A stretch of 64,000 bases of DNA from an uncultured Clostridia bacterium (GCA_964641945.1 CAZXLQ010000001.1:13725-77724); one strand, 5' to 3'; positions 10,215 to 19,423 are shown, counted from the stretch's first letter. Translations and numbers: made by a program. Notes: generated from the letters alone by a model not told the origin.

Positions 10215-10655
10215 TCAGGGCTCCGACACCAGCCGCAACAATGTCTCTTCCACGGTCTCATCGTCTCTCGCGTATTCGGTGAAGAAAGAGACGTACATCG
10301 CTGAGCCAGACCATTTCCTGCGGTTCCGCTCCAAAAGGATGATCAAGCGGTGTTGCCAGAAATCGCGACGGGTCCACGTGTGTCGGAGGTTGATGTCTGG
10401 CAGAACAGATCGCAGATGCGCCCAACTCCTCCGAAGACGCCGTCCTGATCCATCTCGGGCGGACGGCAGCCAAGGATCTTCATTGCGTTCTCCGCTATTG
10501 TCATTGCTACCAGACAGTCGATGAACAGCATCGCACGCTCGCCGGTATACCTCCCATAGCGTTTCACCTTCGCCGGTCAGAAGCTCGAACGCATCCTTTC
10601 GTTGAGCCAGCGACGCAGCGCGCTGCTTCTTCTTCGCTCTGCTCGTTGAACTCAT
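10215..10655 (-). CDS. hypothetical protein
   Basis: 146-aa ORF. Confidence 0.5.
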   Translation of the reverse strand: MSSTSRAKKKQRAASLAQRKDAFELLTGEGETLWEVYRRACDAVHRLSGSNDNSGERNEDPWLPSARDGSGRRLRRSWAHLRSVLPDINLRHTWTRRDFWQHRLIILLERNRRKWSGSAMYVSFFTEYARDDETVEETLLRLVSEP

Positions 10656-11014
10656 GGCAAGCGATGAATGAGGATGGCCGTAGGAACGCCGATTCGTTCG
10701 CAGGCTTCGATCATGTGGGCCGTTCCACGACTCTCGCCGTCCCAGAACGCCATCAGCTCTCCTGCTCGCTCTTTCGCGTACTCGGCCATGAGAACGTTCC
10801 GAAGGATCCCGGCCCGCTTCCCGTGTTTCTTCCAGTCTGCGGGGAACCGGACGACGTGCAGGCCGCGCTGCTCAGCCCACTCGATTCCGAACGAGTCTGG
10901 GCCCGCAGCGCAACCGCTCACGATGACGCTGGGAAGTGGTCGAGCCTCGAAGATGTCCCGCAGGTGCGTCATGCACCTCTCCCGAGGGAACGTACGTGAT
11001 CCAGCGATGATCAT
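10652..11014 (-). CDS. DUF2493 / SLOG-like (DprA/LOG-fold) protein
   Basis: IVSGCAAGPDSFGIEWAEQRGLHVVRFPADW..GKRAGILRNVLM motif; start trimmed to internal Met (MIIAGSRTF) because the upstream extension overlaps ORF 11058-11348. Confidence 0.5.
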   Translation of the reverse strand: MIIAGSRTFPRERCMTHLRDIFEARPLPSVIVSGCAAGPDSFGIEWAEQRGLHVVRFPADWKKHGKRAGILRNVLMAEYAKERAGELMAFWDGESRGTAHMIEACERIGVPTAILIHRLP

Positions 11015-11057
11015 CGGTCCGTAGTAACGATCCCTCTTCTGGGCGATCTGAGTCACT

Positions 11058-11348
11058 TCAGTCTCCTCGGAGGCCACACACGCACTCGTAGCCAGACGGC
11101 TCTTCCATCCAATCGGCCCCCACAACCCGCACTTCGACCACTTCCATGTCGTCAGCACGACCGAGAGATCCGGCTCCAAGGCAAAGCGCTTCGCATCGGA
11201 TTCGCGCGTGCAGCCCAGCATCCTCGAACTCATCCTCCCCAGGAGGAGTCGGAAACACAGCACTCAAACCGGCTGTGACCATCCAAACGTAGGCGGCAAC
11301 CATCGCCACCGCCAGGAACGAAAGGCCGATCTTCACGGGTGGCCTCAC
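11058..11348 (-). CDS. small membrane protein (hypothetical)
   Basis: N-terminal hydrophobic helix LSFLAVAMVAAYVWMVTAGL. Confidence 0.4.
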   Translation of the reverse strand: MRPPVKIGLSFLAVAMVAAYVWMVTAGLSAVFPTPPGEDEFEDAGLHARIRCEALCLGAGSLGRADDMEVVEVRVVGADWMEEPSGYECVCGLRGD

Positions 11349-11528
11349 TCACATCTCGCGACAGCGAGCGCGCAGCCCCTGGTTCTCGGCTGCCTCCGCC
11401 AGCTCCACCGCGGTCTCCCGACTGACCTCCTGCGCGAGAGGCAGCCAGGGACCCCAGAGCCCAAGCTGGGCGCGCAGAGGCTCGGGCACCGGACCACAGA
11501 CCTCAACCGTGTGCTTCTTCTCATCCAT
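11349..11528 (-). CDS. hypothetical 59-aa protein (below ORF-track cutoff)
   Basis: ATG 13 nt after upstream stop with GAGG; MDEKKHTVEVCGPVPEPLRAQLGLWGPWLPLAQEV..; preferred over the Arg-rich overlapping frame 11345-11596. Confidence 0.35.
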   Translation of the reverse strand: MDEKKHTVEVCGPVPEPLRAQLGLWGPWLPLAQEVSRETAVELAEAAENQGLRARCREM

Positions 11529-11540
11529 CGCTTCAAAGCC

Positions 11541-11891
11541 TCATTTGTCGAGTTGGTCGACCAGGAGAGCAACGCACTCGTTGACAGCTTCCGCAAGCGT
11601 TCCCCACTCCTTGCTTTTCACGAAGCCTTCGCACCTCTCAGACTCGAACTTGGCTCGCACTTCCCATCGAGCCTGGTGAACCGCAGTCGCAAGACCAATC
11701 CTCACGCCATGCTTTGCTGCGAGGTTTGCCAGCCGGTCCTCCAGAGCGCCAAGGTCCGTGCTCTCGGTGATCAACATGAAATCGACGGTAGCTCGGCCCC
11801 GTAAGCCTGTCAACCAACTTTCGACGCACGGTCGCTTGATACTTTCGACCGACCAGCTATACTGCGAGCCGATGGCGAAGAAGTTCGACAT
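11541..11891 (-). CDS. hypothetical protein (start set at Met16)
   Basis: protein-like C-terminal 110 aa; start shares CATG with divergent plus gene at 11890. Confidence 0.45.
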   Translation of the reverse strand: MSNFFAIGSQYSWSVESIKRPCVESWLTGLRGRATVDFMLITESTDLGALEDRLANLAAKHGVRIGLATAVHQARWEVRAKFESERCEGFVKSKEWGTLAEAVNECVALLVDQLDK

Positions 11892-12537
11892 GACCCGCGT
11901 TCTCGAATCGATCGACATGCCAGAGCCAGGGAGCAAGGCTTGGGTAGAACGCGAACAGGGCCGGCGTCTCCGCTCGTTCGAGCAGCTATCGTCCTTCGCC
12001 GAGAGAGTTGTCCGGGAGACGTTGGGCGTCGCTGATGACGGTTCGGACAGTCGTCCGGATGGCTACTTCATGGAACCGGACGCCGATGGAGGGGAAGCGC
12101 GCCTCGCTGCCATGCTTCGACGTCGCCTGGTCTCGAAACTCGACAGCCTCATGATGAAGCTCATCGGCGTCGACGAAAGTGTCTTCCACAGCTCTTTCCC
12201 TCCACGTGTCACCGGCTTGGTCGGTGAGAAGCTCAAGAAGCGCGCGGAGGAGCTTGCTGGCAAGCTGGTCGACGAGTGGATTGCCAGGAACGAATCGACA
12301 GAAGCCACCATCTCCCAAAGCGCGGACAGGGCTCTGAGAGTCGTCTTTCGAGACGACCTCGATCGCGCACTTCGCAGGGTCTTGGAGTCCAAGATCCAGC
12401 GCATCGCCGAGCAGCGGGCCAACGAAATCGCCGAGGAGGTCATCGTCGCGGCCGTGGACAGGGCTCTGTTCAACCAGTACCCGATCTTGCGTAGAATGGA
12501 CGCCGCCTCCCGCCTGGGCGCCAAGCCCACGGAGTGA
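11890..12537 (+). CDS. hypothetical protein
   Basis: start chosen at MTRVLES (RBS GAAGAAG); 11872 is an alternative. Confidence 0.5.
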   Translation: MTRVLESIDMPEPGSKAWVEREQGRRLRSFEQLSSFAERVVRETLGVADDGSDSRPDGYFMEPDADGGEARLAAMLRRRLVSKLDSLMMKLIGVDESVFHSSFPPRVTGLVGEKLKKRAEELAGKLVDEWIARNESTEATISQSADRALRVVFRDDLDRALRRVLESKIQRIAEQRANEIAEEVIVAAVDRALFNQYPILRRMDAASRLGAKPTE

Positions 12538-12728
12538 AACGTGCTTCACCTCTTGCTCTCCGGGTTGCTGTTCGTTCGACGCCTTTTCGTTCGCGATGAT
12601 TCTTCTCGCGAACTTCAGCGACGCCTGAGCGCTGGCATTGTTCGCCCGATCTCCGAAGCGAGACGTCTTCCTCTTCCACCAGACCGAGCGCCTCGATGAG
12701 TACCAAGCGGCATTCGGGAACCGCAGAG

Positions 12729-13004
12729 ATGAACCCGTCCGTATCCAACATGACGGAAGAGCAGATTCGATCCGTAGATCGGAAGCAAGAAGCCCTTCGC
12801 CGCCTGCAAGACCCGCCAGTCGTCAGGCTTCCCAACGGAGTGCGGGTGACTCTCACAGGTTGGCAGGACCAAGCGATTTACGACACTCTGACCGCTTCAA
12901 CGGATTTTTCCCTCTGGCCTCGCCCAACCAAACCGCCTTCGGTGATCAAGACGCCTCCAGCGCCTCGCTTGCCAAATCGGCTCGGTAGACGAGGTCGACG
13001 ATGA
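12729..13004 (+). CDS. hypothetical protein with RKQEALRRLQDPPV motif
   Basis: motif repeated at protein level in ORF 16928-17485. Confidence 0.4.
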   Translation: MNPSVSNMTEEQIRSVDRKQEALRRLQDPPVVRLPNGVRVTLTGWQDQAIYDTLTASTDFSLWPRPTKPPSVIKTPPAPRLPNRLGRRGRR

Positions 13005-13405
13005 CCTTGGAAGTCAACACATTGGAGCCGATGCTCGGTCGCGTGTTGCGGTCCGTCAGGGTGGCTCCAGACAAAACCGAACTCGTCTTCGAGGCTGACA
13101 ACAACGTCAGATTTCGCTTCTATCACGCGCAGGAGTGTTGTGAAGAGGTTGCTATCGAAGATGTGGTCGGAGACCTCGAAGATCTCATCGACGCCCCGGT
13201 GCTTGTCGCTGAAGAAACAGTCGGCTGGTCTACACCCGGAGAAGAGGTGATGCGGCGTCTCGGTGCCGAACCGCTCGACGACTCGTGGACGTGGACCTTC
13301 TATCGGTTCGCCACGGTAAAGGGAACGGTCACTGTGAGGTGGTACGGCTCCTCGAACGGCTATTACTCGGAAAGGGTCAGCTTCGCCGTGGAGTCTTCGT
13401 CATGA
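13001..13405 (+). CDS. hypothetical protein
   Basis: 134-aa ORF, ATGA overlaps both sides. Confidence 0.55.
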   Translation: MTLEVNTLEPMLGRVLRSVRVAPDKTELVFEADNNVRFRFYHAQECCEEVAIEDVVGDLEDLIDAPVLVAEETVGWSTPGEEVMRRLGAEPLDDSWTWTFYRFATVKGTVTVRWYGSSNGYYSERVSFAVESSS

Positions 13406-13641
13406 AAAGTCGATCTGTGAAAAGTCGATCTGTGTATCGCATACCGGCCGGACTGACCTTCTACCAGCCGTCAGACCAGGATCGACTGTTTCGGATCGGC
13501 CCGTGCGAGGCGTGTGGCGTCGAGACCAAATCGGCCATAGGCATGTCCCCAACGTGCGGTCGTCAGACGTGCGCCGATCACATCGAAGCAATTCGTCGTA
13601 TTCGCCGCCAGACATTGGATGCGTTCCGGCGAACACCATAA
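13402..13641 (+). CDS. zinc-ribbon protein with in-frame KSRSV duplication
   Basis: CEACGVE..CGRQTCADH; 15-nt tandem duplication at 13403-13432. Confidence 0.5.
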   Translation: MKSRSVKSRSVYRIPAGLTFYQPSDQDRLFRIGPCEACGVETKSAIGMSPTCGRQTCADHIEAIRRIRRQTLDAFRRTP

Positions 13642-13647
13642 GGCTTC

Positions 13648-13926
13648 ATGAGCTACCACCTCGGACAAGTCTCATCTCAATCGGCCTGCGACGTGGACGC
13701 GATCGCCAAGCCGCAAACCGTCAGGCTCGTCGATGTGTTTCTGTTGGGGCCAGCCTGTCTCGCCGTCGCCTACGGGCTGCCGATGAAGAGTCCGCTCGCG
13801 CGTGCGTTCTGGGCCGTGGCAGGCGTCGGGACTATCTACTACAACGCGAGGAACTACCTCGCCGTGCAGCGGGCGATCCGAGCTGGCGAGGTCTCGACGC
13901 AGAGCGCCTGGAGACTGAGGCCATGA
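13648..13926 (+). CDS. small membrane protein
   Basis: two hydrophobic segments. Confidence 0.5.
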   Translation: MSYHLGQVSSQSACDVDAIAKPQTVRLVDVFLLGPACLAVAYGLPMKSPLARAFWAVAGVGTIYYNARNYLAVQRAIRAGEVSTQSAWRLRP

Positions 13927-14156
13927 GCTACCGACATCTCGGTGCCGGACCGGCGCCCACCACCACCGACGAGATTTGCTTCCCGCGTGACGCGATCATG
14001 CGTCTTCAGCCTCGGGCCGCAGGACCGCTTCGCCATCTCGTCACCCTCACCGGCGGGTACCAGTCGGTGCCGATCTCATGGAACCGTGGGCTTCTCATCG
14101 TCGATCCGCGCTACGACAACCTTCCGCTCGGACCTGGTTGGGAGTGGCGCACGTGA
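13923..14156 (+). CDS. hypothetical protein
   Basis: ATGA overlap; 77 aa. Confidence 0.45.
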   Translation: MSYRHLGAGPAPTTTDEICFPRDAIMRLQPRAAGPLRHLVTLTGGYQSVPISWNRGLLIVDPRYDNLPLGPGWEWRT

Positions 14157-14731
14157 CGACCCCCATCGAAGTCTACACCGGAACGCAGGTCTGGATCGGA
14201 CGGCCAACCATTCGCCCAGCAAAGAAAGGCCGCGTCGAGCACGGACCGGGCCTCTACTTCACCACCTCCCTGACCACTGCCTTGAGGTACGCTCGTGGAG
14301 GGCGTACCGTCCTGAAGGTCGAGCTGGATCCGTCCATCTCTTGGCTCGAAGACGCGAAACTACCGGTTTCTGCGGTCATCCAGTGGCTCATGGAAAGGCG
14401 TGGCCTCCGGAACAGAAGCTTCATCATCGCCGATGTAATGGAGAACGCTCTTCGCACGAGGTCTCGCACTGGAGACATGGGTCTGATCTACGCCAACGCA
14501 CTGGTCAATCTCATGGTGAACTGGGATGCGATCACCGGCGATCACGGCCCAGCGCTTGCTGAGTTTCTTGTCTGGTATGACATTGACGCTTCCCACGTGA
14601 GCCAGTCGGGTGGCGAAGAGTGGATCGTCCTCTTCAATCCGAAGAAGGTGCTGCGCTGGGAGAAGGTTCACGTCGACCCAGAGACGCCATACATGCTGCC
14701 GCGAGTTCGCGGCAGTGAGAAGAAAGGGTGA
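14153..14731 (+). CDS. hypothetical protein sharing GxGLYxTT / E(Y/W)IV motifs with ORF 30885-31637
   Basis: GTGA overlap start; EHGPGLYFTTSLTTALRY .. GEEWIVLFNPKKVL. Confidence 0.5.
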   Translation: MTTPIEVYTGTQVWIGRPTIRPAKKGRVEHGPGLYFTTSLTTALRYARGGRTVLKVELDPSISWLEDAKLPVSAVIQWLMERRGLRNRSFIIADVMENALRTRSRTGDMGLIYANALVNLMVNWDAITGDHGPALAEFLVWYDIDASHVSQSGGEEWIVLFNPKKVLRWEKVHVDPETPYMLPRVRGSEKKG

Positions 14732-14735
14732 AGTC

Positions 14736-15020
14736 ATGGTTCGCCGGCACGACCTCAAGACCTTGCCCGAACCATTTGCCGCTGTGTGGGTGGGTGCCAA
14801 GACGGCAGAGCTTCGCCGCGATGACCGCGGCTTCGAGGTGAACGACGTTCTTCGCCTGAAAGAGTTCGATCCAGCGACGGGGTACTCGGGCCGCTGCATC
14901 GACGTGATCGTCAACCACATCGTGAGAGCCCCGGGCTTCGGTGCGCTGGTCGAAGGCTACGTCATGCTGTCGTTCACAATCCTTGCGACCCATGCATCCA
15001 ACCTATGGGACGCAACGTGA
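14736..15020 (+). CDS. ASCH/DUF3850-like small protein
   Basis: KTLPEPFAAVWVGAKTAELRRDDRGFEVNDVLRLKEFD pattern; RBS GAAAGGG. Confidence 0.55.
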   Translation: MVRRHDLKTLPEPFAAVWVGAKTAELRRDDRGFEVNDVLRLKEFDPATGYSGRCIDVIVNHIVRAPGFGALVEGYVMLSFTILATHASNLWDAT

Positions 15021-15412
15021 GCTACACGAGAATCGAGCGAGCGAGGATTCAGTTCCCGAAGGCACGGCTGTACGTCGATGTGCCAGTCGCATCTACCGAC
15101 GCGGCGCGTAGGCGAGGCCTCTACGGTCGAACGTTCGTGGAGCATTCCGACGGCATGCTCTTCGTCTTCGACGACGCTCATCCGGTGATGACGATGACCG
15201 GCATGAGAACGGCGCTCGATTTCGTGTTCCTGAACTCCAGCCACCGTGCGGTTGCGGTCTACCCGAACGTGCCGCCGGGCACGCCGAGTGTGGACGCGGG
15301 GAGGAGCGCGAGCCGCTATGTGCTGGAACTGGGACCCGGATCGTTGATCGGGTCGGTCCGTGTCGGAGATTTGCTGCCGATCTGGCGGTACTACGCGCCG
15401 AGGGCTCAATGA
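15005..15412 (+). CDS. DUF192-family protein
   Basis: ARRRGLYGRTF..DGMLFVFDD..MTGMRTALDFVFLN..YVLELG. Confidence 0.6.
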   Translation: MGRNVSYTRIERARIQFPKARLYVDVPVASTDAARRRGLYGRTFVEHSDGMLFVFDDAHPVMTMTGMRTALDFVFLNSSHRAVAVYPNVPPGTPSVDAGRSASRYVLELGPGSLIGSVRVGDLLPIWRYYAPRAQ

Positions 15413-15555
15413 AGGAACGGCATCTACGCGGGCTCGACCCGCGTGACATCGAAGAGTTCGGGTTCGACGATGACGATGATCTGTCGAGAAACTCCTGCCG
15501 GTTGCGGTCGATGACTTGACGACCCCCGCTTCTAGAAGCCGTAGTGAGGGACGCC

Positions 15556-16491
15556 ATGTCTGAAATCCCCCATCCCATCCCGTATCAGGGGAGCAAGCGA
15601 CGGCTCGCCCCGATCATTCTTGAGTACCTGCCCGATGACGTCGACACGTTGTTCGAGCCCTTCTGCGGCTCGGCGGCGGTCAGCCTGGCGGTCGCGCGTG
15701 CCTCGAAAGCGAAGCGTATCGAACTCAACGATAGCCTCGACTCTCTGGCGAAGCTCTGGATGAACATTGTGGACCAGCCCACCTCCGTCGCCGACGACTA
15801 CGAGAGGATTTGGCATGGTCAGAAGGAGGACCCGCGTGCGTACTACGATGTTGTGCGCGACGAGTTCAATCGCGACCGAGACCCCTCGAAGCTGCTCTTC
15901 CTGCTTGCGCGTTGCGTGAAGAATGCTGTGCGATTCAACAGCTCAGGAGACTTCAATCAATCGCCCGACAAGCGTAGGACTGGCACAAGGCCCGAGCGGA
16001 TGCGGCAGAACATCATCGGTGCGGCCACACTCCTCAAGGGCCGCTCGAAAGTCACGTCTGGTGACTACGCAGCGGCGTTCAGCGCGGCAACCGCGAGGGA
16101 TGTCATCTACATGGATCCGCCGTATCAGGGGACCAGTGGAGAGCGCGACCAGCGCTACCATCAGCAACTCGACCGAGCCCGCTTTGTCGATGACCTCGAC
16201 CGGCTTCTGGTGCGAGGCGTCAGGGTGATCATCAGCTTCGATGGCCGTTGCGGGGACCGCACCTACGGGCCGGAGCTTCCGGCGAGTCTCGGATTGACGA
16301 AGCTGGAAATCCACGCGGGCCGCTCCTCTCAGGCGACGCTCAATGGCGAGGAGGCGGACACGGTCGAGTCGCTCTACGTCTCGCCGCAGCTACTGCGGGG
16401 CACCGGAGTGGCTCACCGAACAAGATCGGTGAAGGAAACCCCCCAGCAAGTAGCAACCAGGCGCGAACTCGGGCCGCAGCGCGATACATGA
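15556..16491 (+). CDS. Dam-like (D12 class) N6-adenine DNA methyltransferase
   Basis: IPYQGSKRRLAPII, FEPFCGSAAV (motif I), YMDPPY (motif IV); ATG with GAGGGA RBS. Confidence 0.85.
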   Translation: MSEIPHPIPYQGSKRRLAPIILEYLPDDVDTLFEPFCGSAAVSLAVARASKAKRIELNDSLDSLAKLWMNIVDQPTSVADDYERIWHGQKEDPRAYYDVVRDEFNRDRDPSKLLFLLARCVKNAVRFNSSGDFNQSPDKRRTGTRPERMRQNIIGAATLLKGRSKVTSGDYAAAFSAATARDVIYMDPPYQGTSGERDQRYHQQLDRARFVDDLDRLLVRGVRVIISFDGRCGDRTYGPELPASLGLTKLEIHAGRSSQATLNGEEADTVESLYVSPQLLRGTGVAHRTRSVKETPQQVATRRELGPQRDT

Positions 16492-16544
16492 GCGGTTGGT
16501 CGAAAGTAGTTGACCGCACGCCGGACAGTCGGTAGGTTTGCTGC

Positions 16545-16931
16545 ATGACCACGAGGACCGAGCGTGACTGCGCAAGAATCCGATGCCTGACCGCGGTGAT
16601 GAACAGCTTGCACTGCGAGTTGGCCCGTATCGTTCGTGCCGGCGAAGATCCCGACGCTCTGGACGGCTACGTGATCGAAAATCTCAACCGAGGTCTCGTC
16701 GGTGACTCATTTGTCGGACTCAGTCGTCGTGACCTGATGGAGTTGATGGGCTCCATCGCGGCGATGGAAAAGCTGATCGATCTCAAGCTGCCCCCAGAAC
16801 AAGTGCGCGATGCCCTCGTCATCGCCAACCGCGCCATCGGTTCGGAAATGCGAGCCGACCTGTTTCTCTATCTCGAAGGCATCGTCGCCGACCGAGCAGC
16901 CGAGGCGGCGCCCGAAGAAGCCCAGGCGTGA
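16545..16931 (+). CDS. hypothetical protein
   Basis: 128-aa ORF. Confidence 0.5.
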   Translation: MTTRTERDCARIRCLTAVMNSLHCELARIVRAGEDPDALDGYVIENLNRGLVGDSFVGLSRRDLMELMGSIAAMEKLIDLKLPPEQVRDALVIANRAIGSEMRADLFLYLEGIVADRAAEAAPEEAQA

Positions 16932-17485
16932 TGAAGGTCTTGGCCATCACGCAGGAGGGTGATCCGCTCTTCGTTCGAGATGAGAACGGACTAGACTTCG
17001 AGGTCGAAGCGGTTTGGGTTAGTGATGCTCGGCTCCGAAGTCCGAAGCCATCGTTGTCGTTGGAACAGAAAGTCTGGAACGAAGTCTTCAGCCCCGAGCG
17101 TCGGATCGCGCTCTACGGTTGCTCCATGCTGGTACGCCCGGAACCTCTTTTGGTCAGACCAGCTCGACGGATCCTTGTGGCCCATCCACTTCGCTCGCTT
17201 GCAGACCGTGACGAAGTGGAGCGGCGCGCTCGTGCTTTGGAGCGACTTGGCGGATGGCCCGCAGAGGATGAGGTAGTCATTCGTCGCTCCGAGGCGTACC
17301 GGCGCGATTTCGACCGAAAGCATCCGAAGGCCAGGCCCTCGCACCCGCTCGAAACGGAGCGCCCTGACCCTGCCCAAGCTCGGCGCCAAGAAGCTCTGCG
17401 TCGTCTTCAAGACCCGCCCGTCCCGCCCGACGCCGAGATGGTGAAGCACTTCATCAACGGGCTGATCCGGCGTCCCGTGGCCTGA
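16928..17485 (+). CDS. hypothetical protein with RRQEALRRLQDPPV motif
   Basis: shares motif with 12729-13004. Confidence 0.5.
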   Translation: MMKVLAITQEGDPLFVRDENGLDFEVEAVWVSDARLRSPKPSLSLEQKVWNEVFSPERRIALYGCSMLVRPEPLLVRPARRILVAHPLRSLADRDEVERRARALERLGGWPAEDEVVIRRSEAYRRDFDRKHPKARPSHPLETERPDPAQARRQEALRRLQDPPVPPDAEMVKHFINGLIRRPVA

Positions 17486-17611
17486 GGAAACGAGCCTCCA
17501 CGCATCAACGCCTCTTGGCCCTTCAACGCGATCTCGGGCCCCAGCGCGATTTTCGCCGTAGCCGATAATCTGTGTTATATCCAGTGGTTAGGTGATACGA
17601 AAAGATACGAT

Positions 17612-17639
17612 TTGACACGGTTTGAGACGGTGCTAGATT
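17612..17639 (+). promoter_or_regulatory. sigma70-like promoter TTGACA-N16-TAGATT, leaderless start at 17646
   Basis: sits in an unusually AT-rich 160-nt island (17486-17645) with GATACGA x2 direct repeat. Confidence 0.5.
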
Positions 17640-17645
17640 CCGGTC

Positions 17646-18185
17646 ATGGGCCTGCGAAACCCGACCGATGACGACGCAGCATTGGCATTCGCCGCGCACG
17701 ACTGCGCGCTCCGAGAAGCACACAAGGAGATCGAGCGACTTGGCTCCGAGCTGAACTTTGCTCGTGACGGGCTGCGTGCCTGGGAGGCGGATGCGCTGCT
17801 GGCGATGAAGCAGCGCGATGCGGCCCAAGAACACATCCACGGTCTGGAGGCCGAGGTCGATCGGCTAGAGGCAAAACTCGCGGCGCTGGTGGAAGCGGCA
17901 TCTCACCTGGAGCGACGCATCACCTACTCGGACACGAGCGGCATCTGGTACCTCGTGCCAGACCCAGGACAACCGCGGCTTGCTGCGCTCCGCTCCGCCC
18001 TCTTGGACCTCGTCAGCGAAGCCGCCGCCTACACCGCGAGTGTGGAGGCGCGAACGTTGCGAAGGGCTGCCGAGTGGCTCGCGGGGTCACCCGCACCATC
18101 GCGAGGCGTGCGGTCGGCAGCCGACTGGCTCCGCACCGAAGCACAAAAGCGGGAGGCTCATGTGCGACCGACCTCGAAGCCGTAA
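17646..18185 (+). CDS. coiled-coil protein (hypothetical)
   Basis: heptad-rich Ala/Glu/Leu sequence. Confidence 0.55.
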   Translation: MGLRNPTDDDAALAFAAHDCALREAHKEIERLGSELNFARDGLRAWEADALLAMKQRDAAQEHIHGLEAEVDRLEAKLAALVEAASHLERRITYSDTSGIWYLVPDPGQPRLAALRSALLDLVSEAAAYTASVEARTLRRAAEWLAGSPAPSRGVRSAADWLRTEAQKREAHVRPTSKP

Positions 18186-18188
18186 AGC

Positions 18189-18635
18189 ATGTACCAAACC
18201 AAGAAAACGCGAGCCCTGTCCAACGACCTTGCCCTTGCTACCGGACGCACTGCTGCCTTGCTGCGAGAGGCAACCGGGCTCTCTCAGGCTGCTGTCGCCA
18301 AACGCCTCGGCATCGCTCGTCGCAACTACGCTCGCTTCGAGGCTGGGGAGCATGAACCGATGCTGTCGACGATTGTTCGCCTCGCCCACGCCCACCAGTT
18401 CTCTCCAGCGTATGTCGTCTCGCTGGTGCTTGGGGCGGCACAGCCTCCATTGCAGATCGGCGCCGAGTGCGTGGTCGACAACGAGTACGAGGACGAAGTC
18501 GTCATTGTTCACCCGTGTGTCGCCGTGGATGGCAGCGAGGCCTACGCATGCCGCGACAAGTCCGGAAGGACTCAGGCGATTCGACGTTCCAACTTGCATC
18601 CGCGCTCCAGCTTTCCAACGAAGAAGAGGCCATGA
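18189..18635 (+). CDS. XRE-family helix-turn-helix transcriptional regulator
   Basis: LSQAAVAKRLGIARRNYARFEAGEHEPMLSTIVRLA. Confidence 0.7.
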   Translation: MYQTKKTRALSNDLALATGRTAALLREATGLSQAAVAKRLGIARRNYARFEAGEHEPMLSTIVRLAHAHQFSPAYVVSLVLGAAQPPLQIGAECVVDNEYEDEVVIVHPCVAVDGSEAYACRDKSGRTQAIRRSNLHPRSSFPTKKRP

Positions 18636-19024
18636 ACACCAAGGACCTTCCCGACGACACCTTGCTCCCGGGCCATCAATACACGCTCGGTGAGCAGCGA
18701 GAGACCATTCGCAAGATGCGAGCGATCAACAGCGACTTCTACGCGATGGTCTTTTCGGCCAGCATGGGCTCGCGCTGCCACGCGTTCGTGGAGTTCTGCG
18801 GCCTCCAGGCCAAGTTCATCGACATGTGCGAGGCCGCGCTCAACCAGGGCATCGAGTTCGCCTTCGCCAATCAGCACGGATCTGTTTCCTGGCCGCTCGA
18901 CACACACCACGCCGCATACCTCGGCGAGAAGTTCCAGTGCATCTACGGTTTCGCACTCGGGCCCAACCCAGAGCTGCGACAGACGTTTCTCGAAGCTGGG
19001 ATCGGGAAGGAGACGGGCAAATGA
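18632..19024 (+). CDS. hypothetical protein
   Basis: ATGA overlap; internal Met with AAGAAGAGG RBS. Confidence 0.5.
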   Translation: MNTKDLPDDTLLPGHQYTLGEQRETIRKMRAINSDFYAMVFSASMGSRCHAFVEFCGLQAKFIDMCEAALNQGIEFAFANQHGSVSWPLDTHHAAYLGEKFQCIYGFALGPNPELRQTFLEAGIGKETGK

Positions 19025-19392
19025 ACTTCGGACAAGCGCTCGAAGTGCTCAAGGCAGGCAGGCGCGTCGCTCGCGACGGGTGGAACGGCAAGGGTATGTG
19101 GCTGGTGCTCGTGAAGCCACGCGTCTCGTACGGGGCGGCGGAGGAGGAGGAGGTGACGTACCTGGTCGGCTTGCCGGCCGGAGTTGCGAGAATGCCAAAC
19201 TGGCGGGACGCGCGTTTCGCGGAGTGGGACGCGCGTTTCGCGGAGTGGCTATCCGGTGACGCGGAAGTGCAGCAGTCGGCGCGCCTGCTCCCGTGGATCG
19301 GGATGAAGACGGCGGACGGTGGCTTCGTGCCGTGGCTCGCGTCACAGACGGATCTGCTCGCTGAGGACTGGGCCGAGGTGCCAACCTCATGA
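19021..19392 (+). CDS. DUF2829-like protein (family that includes Thoeris anti-defence Tad2)
   Basis: MNFGQALEVLKAGRRVARDGWNGKGMW .. LLAEDWAEV; RBS GGAAGGAGA; contains 21-nt in-frame tandem duplication DARFAEW x2. Confidence 0.55.
   Translation: MNFGQALEVLKAGRRVARDGWNGKGMWLVLVKPRVSYGAAEEEEVTYLVGLPAGVARMPNWRDARFAEWDARFAEWLSGDAEVQQSARLLPWIGMKTADGGFVPWLASQTDLLAEDWAEVPTS
19208..19249 (+). repeat. 21-nt perfect tandem duplication inside DUF2829 gene
   Basis: ACGCGCGTTTCGCGGAGTGGG x2. Confidence 0.8.
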
Positions 19393-19423
19393 CCGAACAG
19401 GGCCAGAAGCCGCGGAGGCTCAG

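Noticed and set aside
10652-11263. Full-length 203-aa version of the DUF2493 ORF; likewise the 510-aa version of 60348-61880 and the 233-aa version of 53800-54501
   Set aside because: The N-terminal extensions overlap better-supported neighbouring genes and lack RBS support; the starts were trimmed to internal codons with stop-start overlap.
11345-11596. ORF 11345-11596(-), 83 aa
   Set aside because: Arg/Ser-rich low-complexity; replaced by the alternative-frame 59-aa ORF 11349-11528, which has an RBS and a compact junction.
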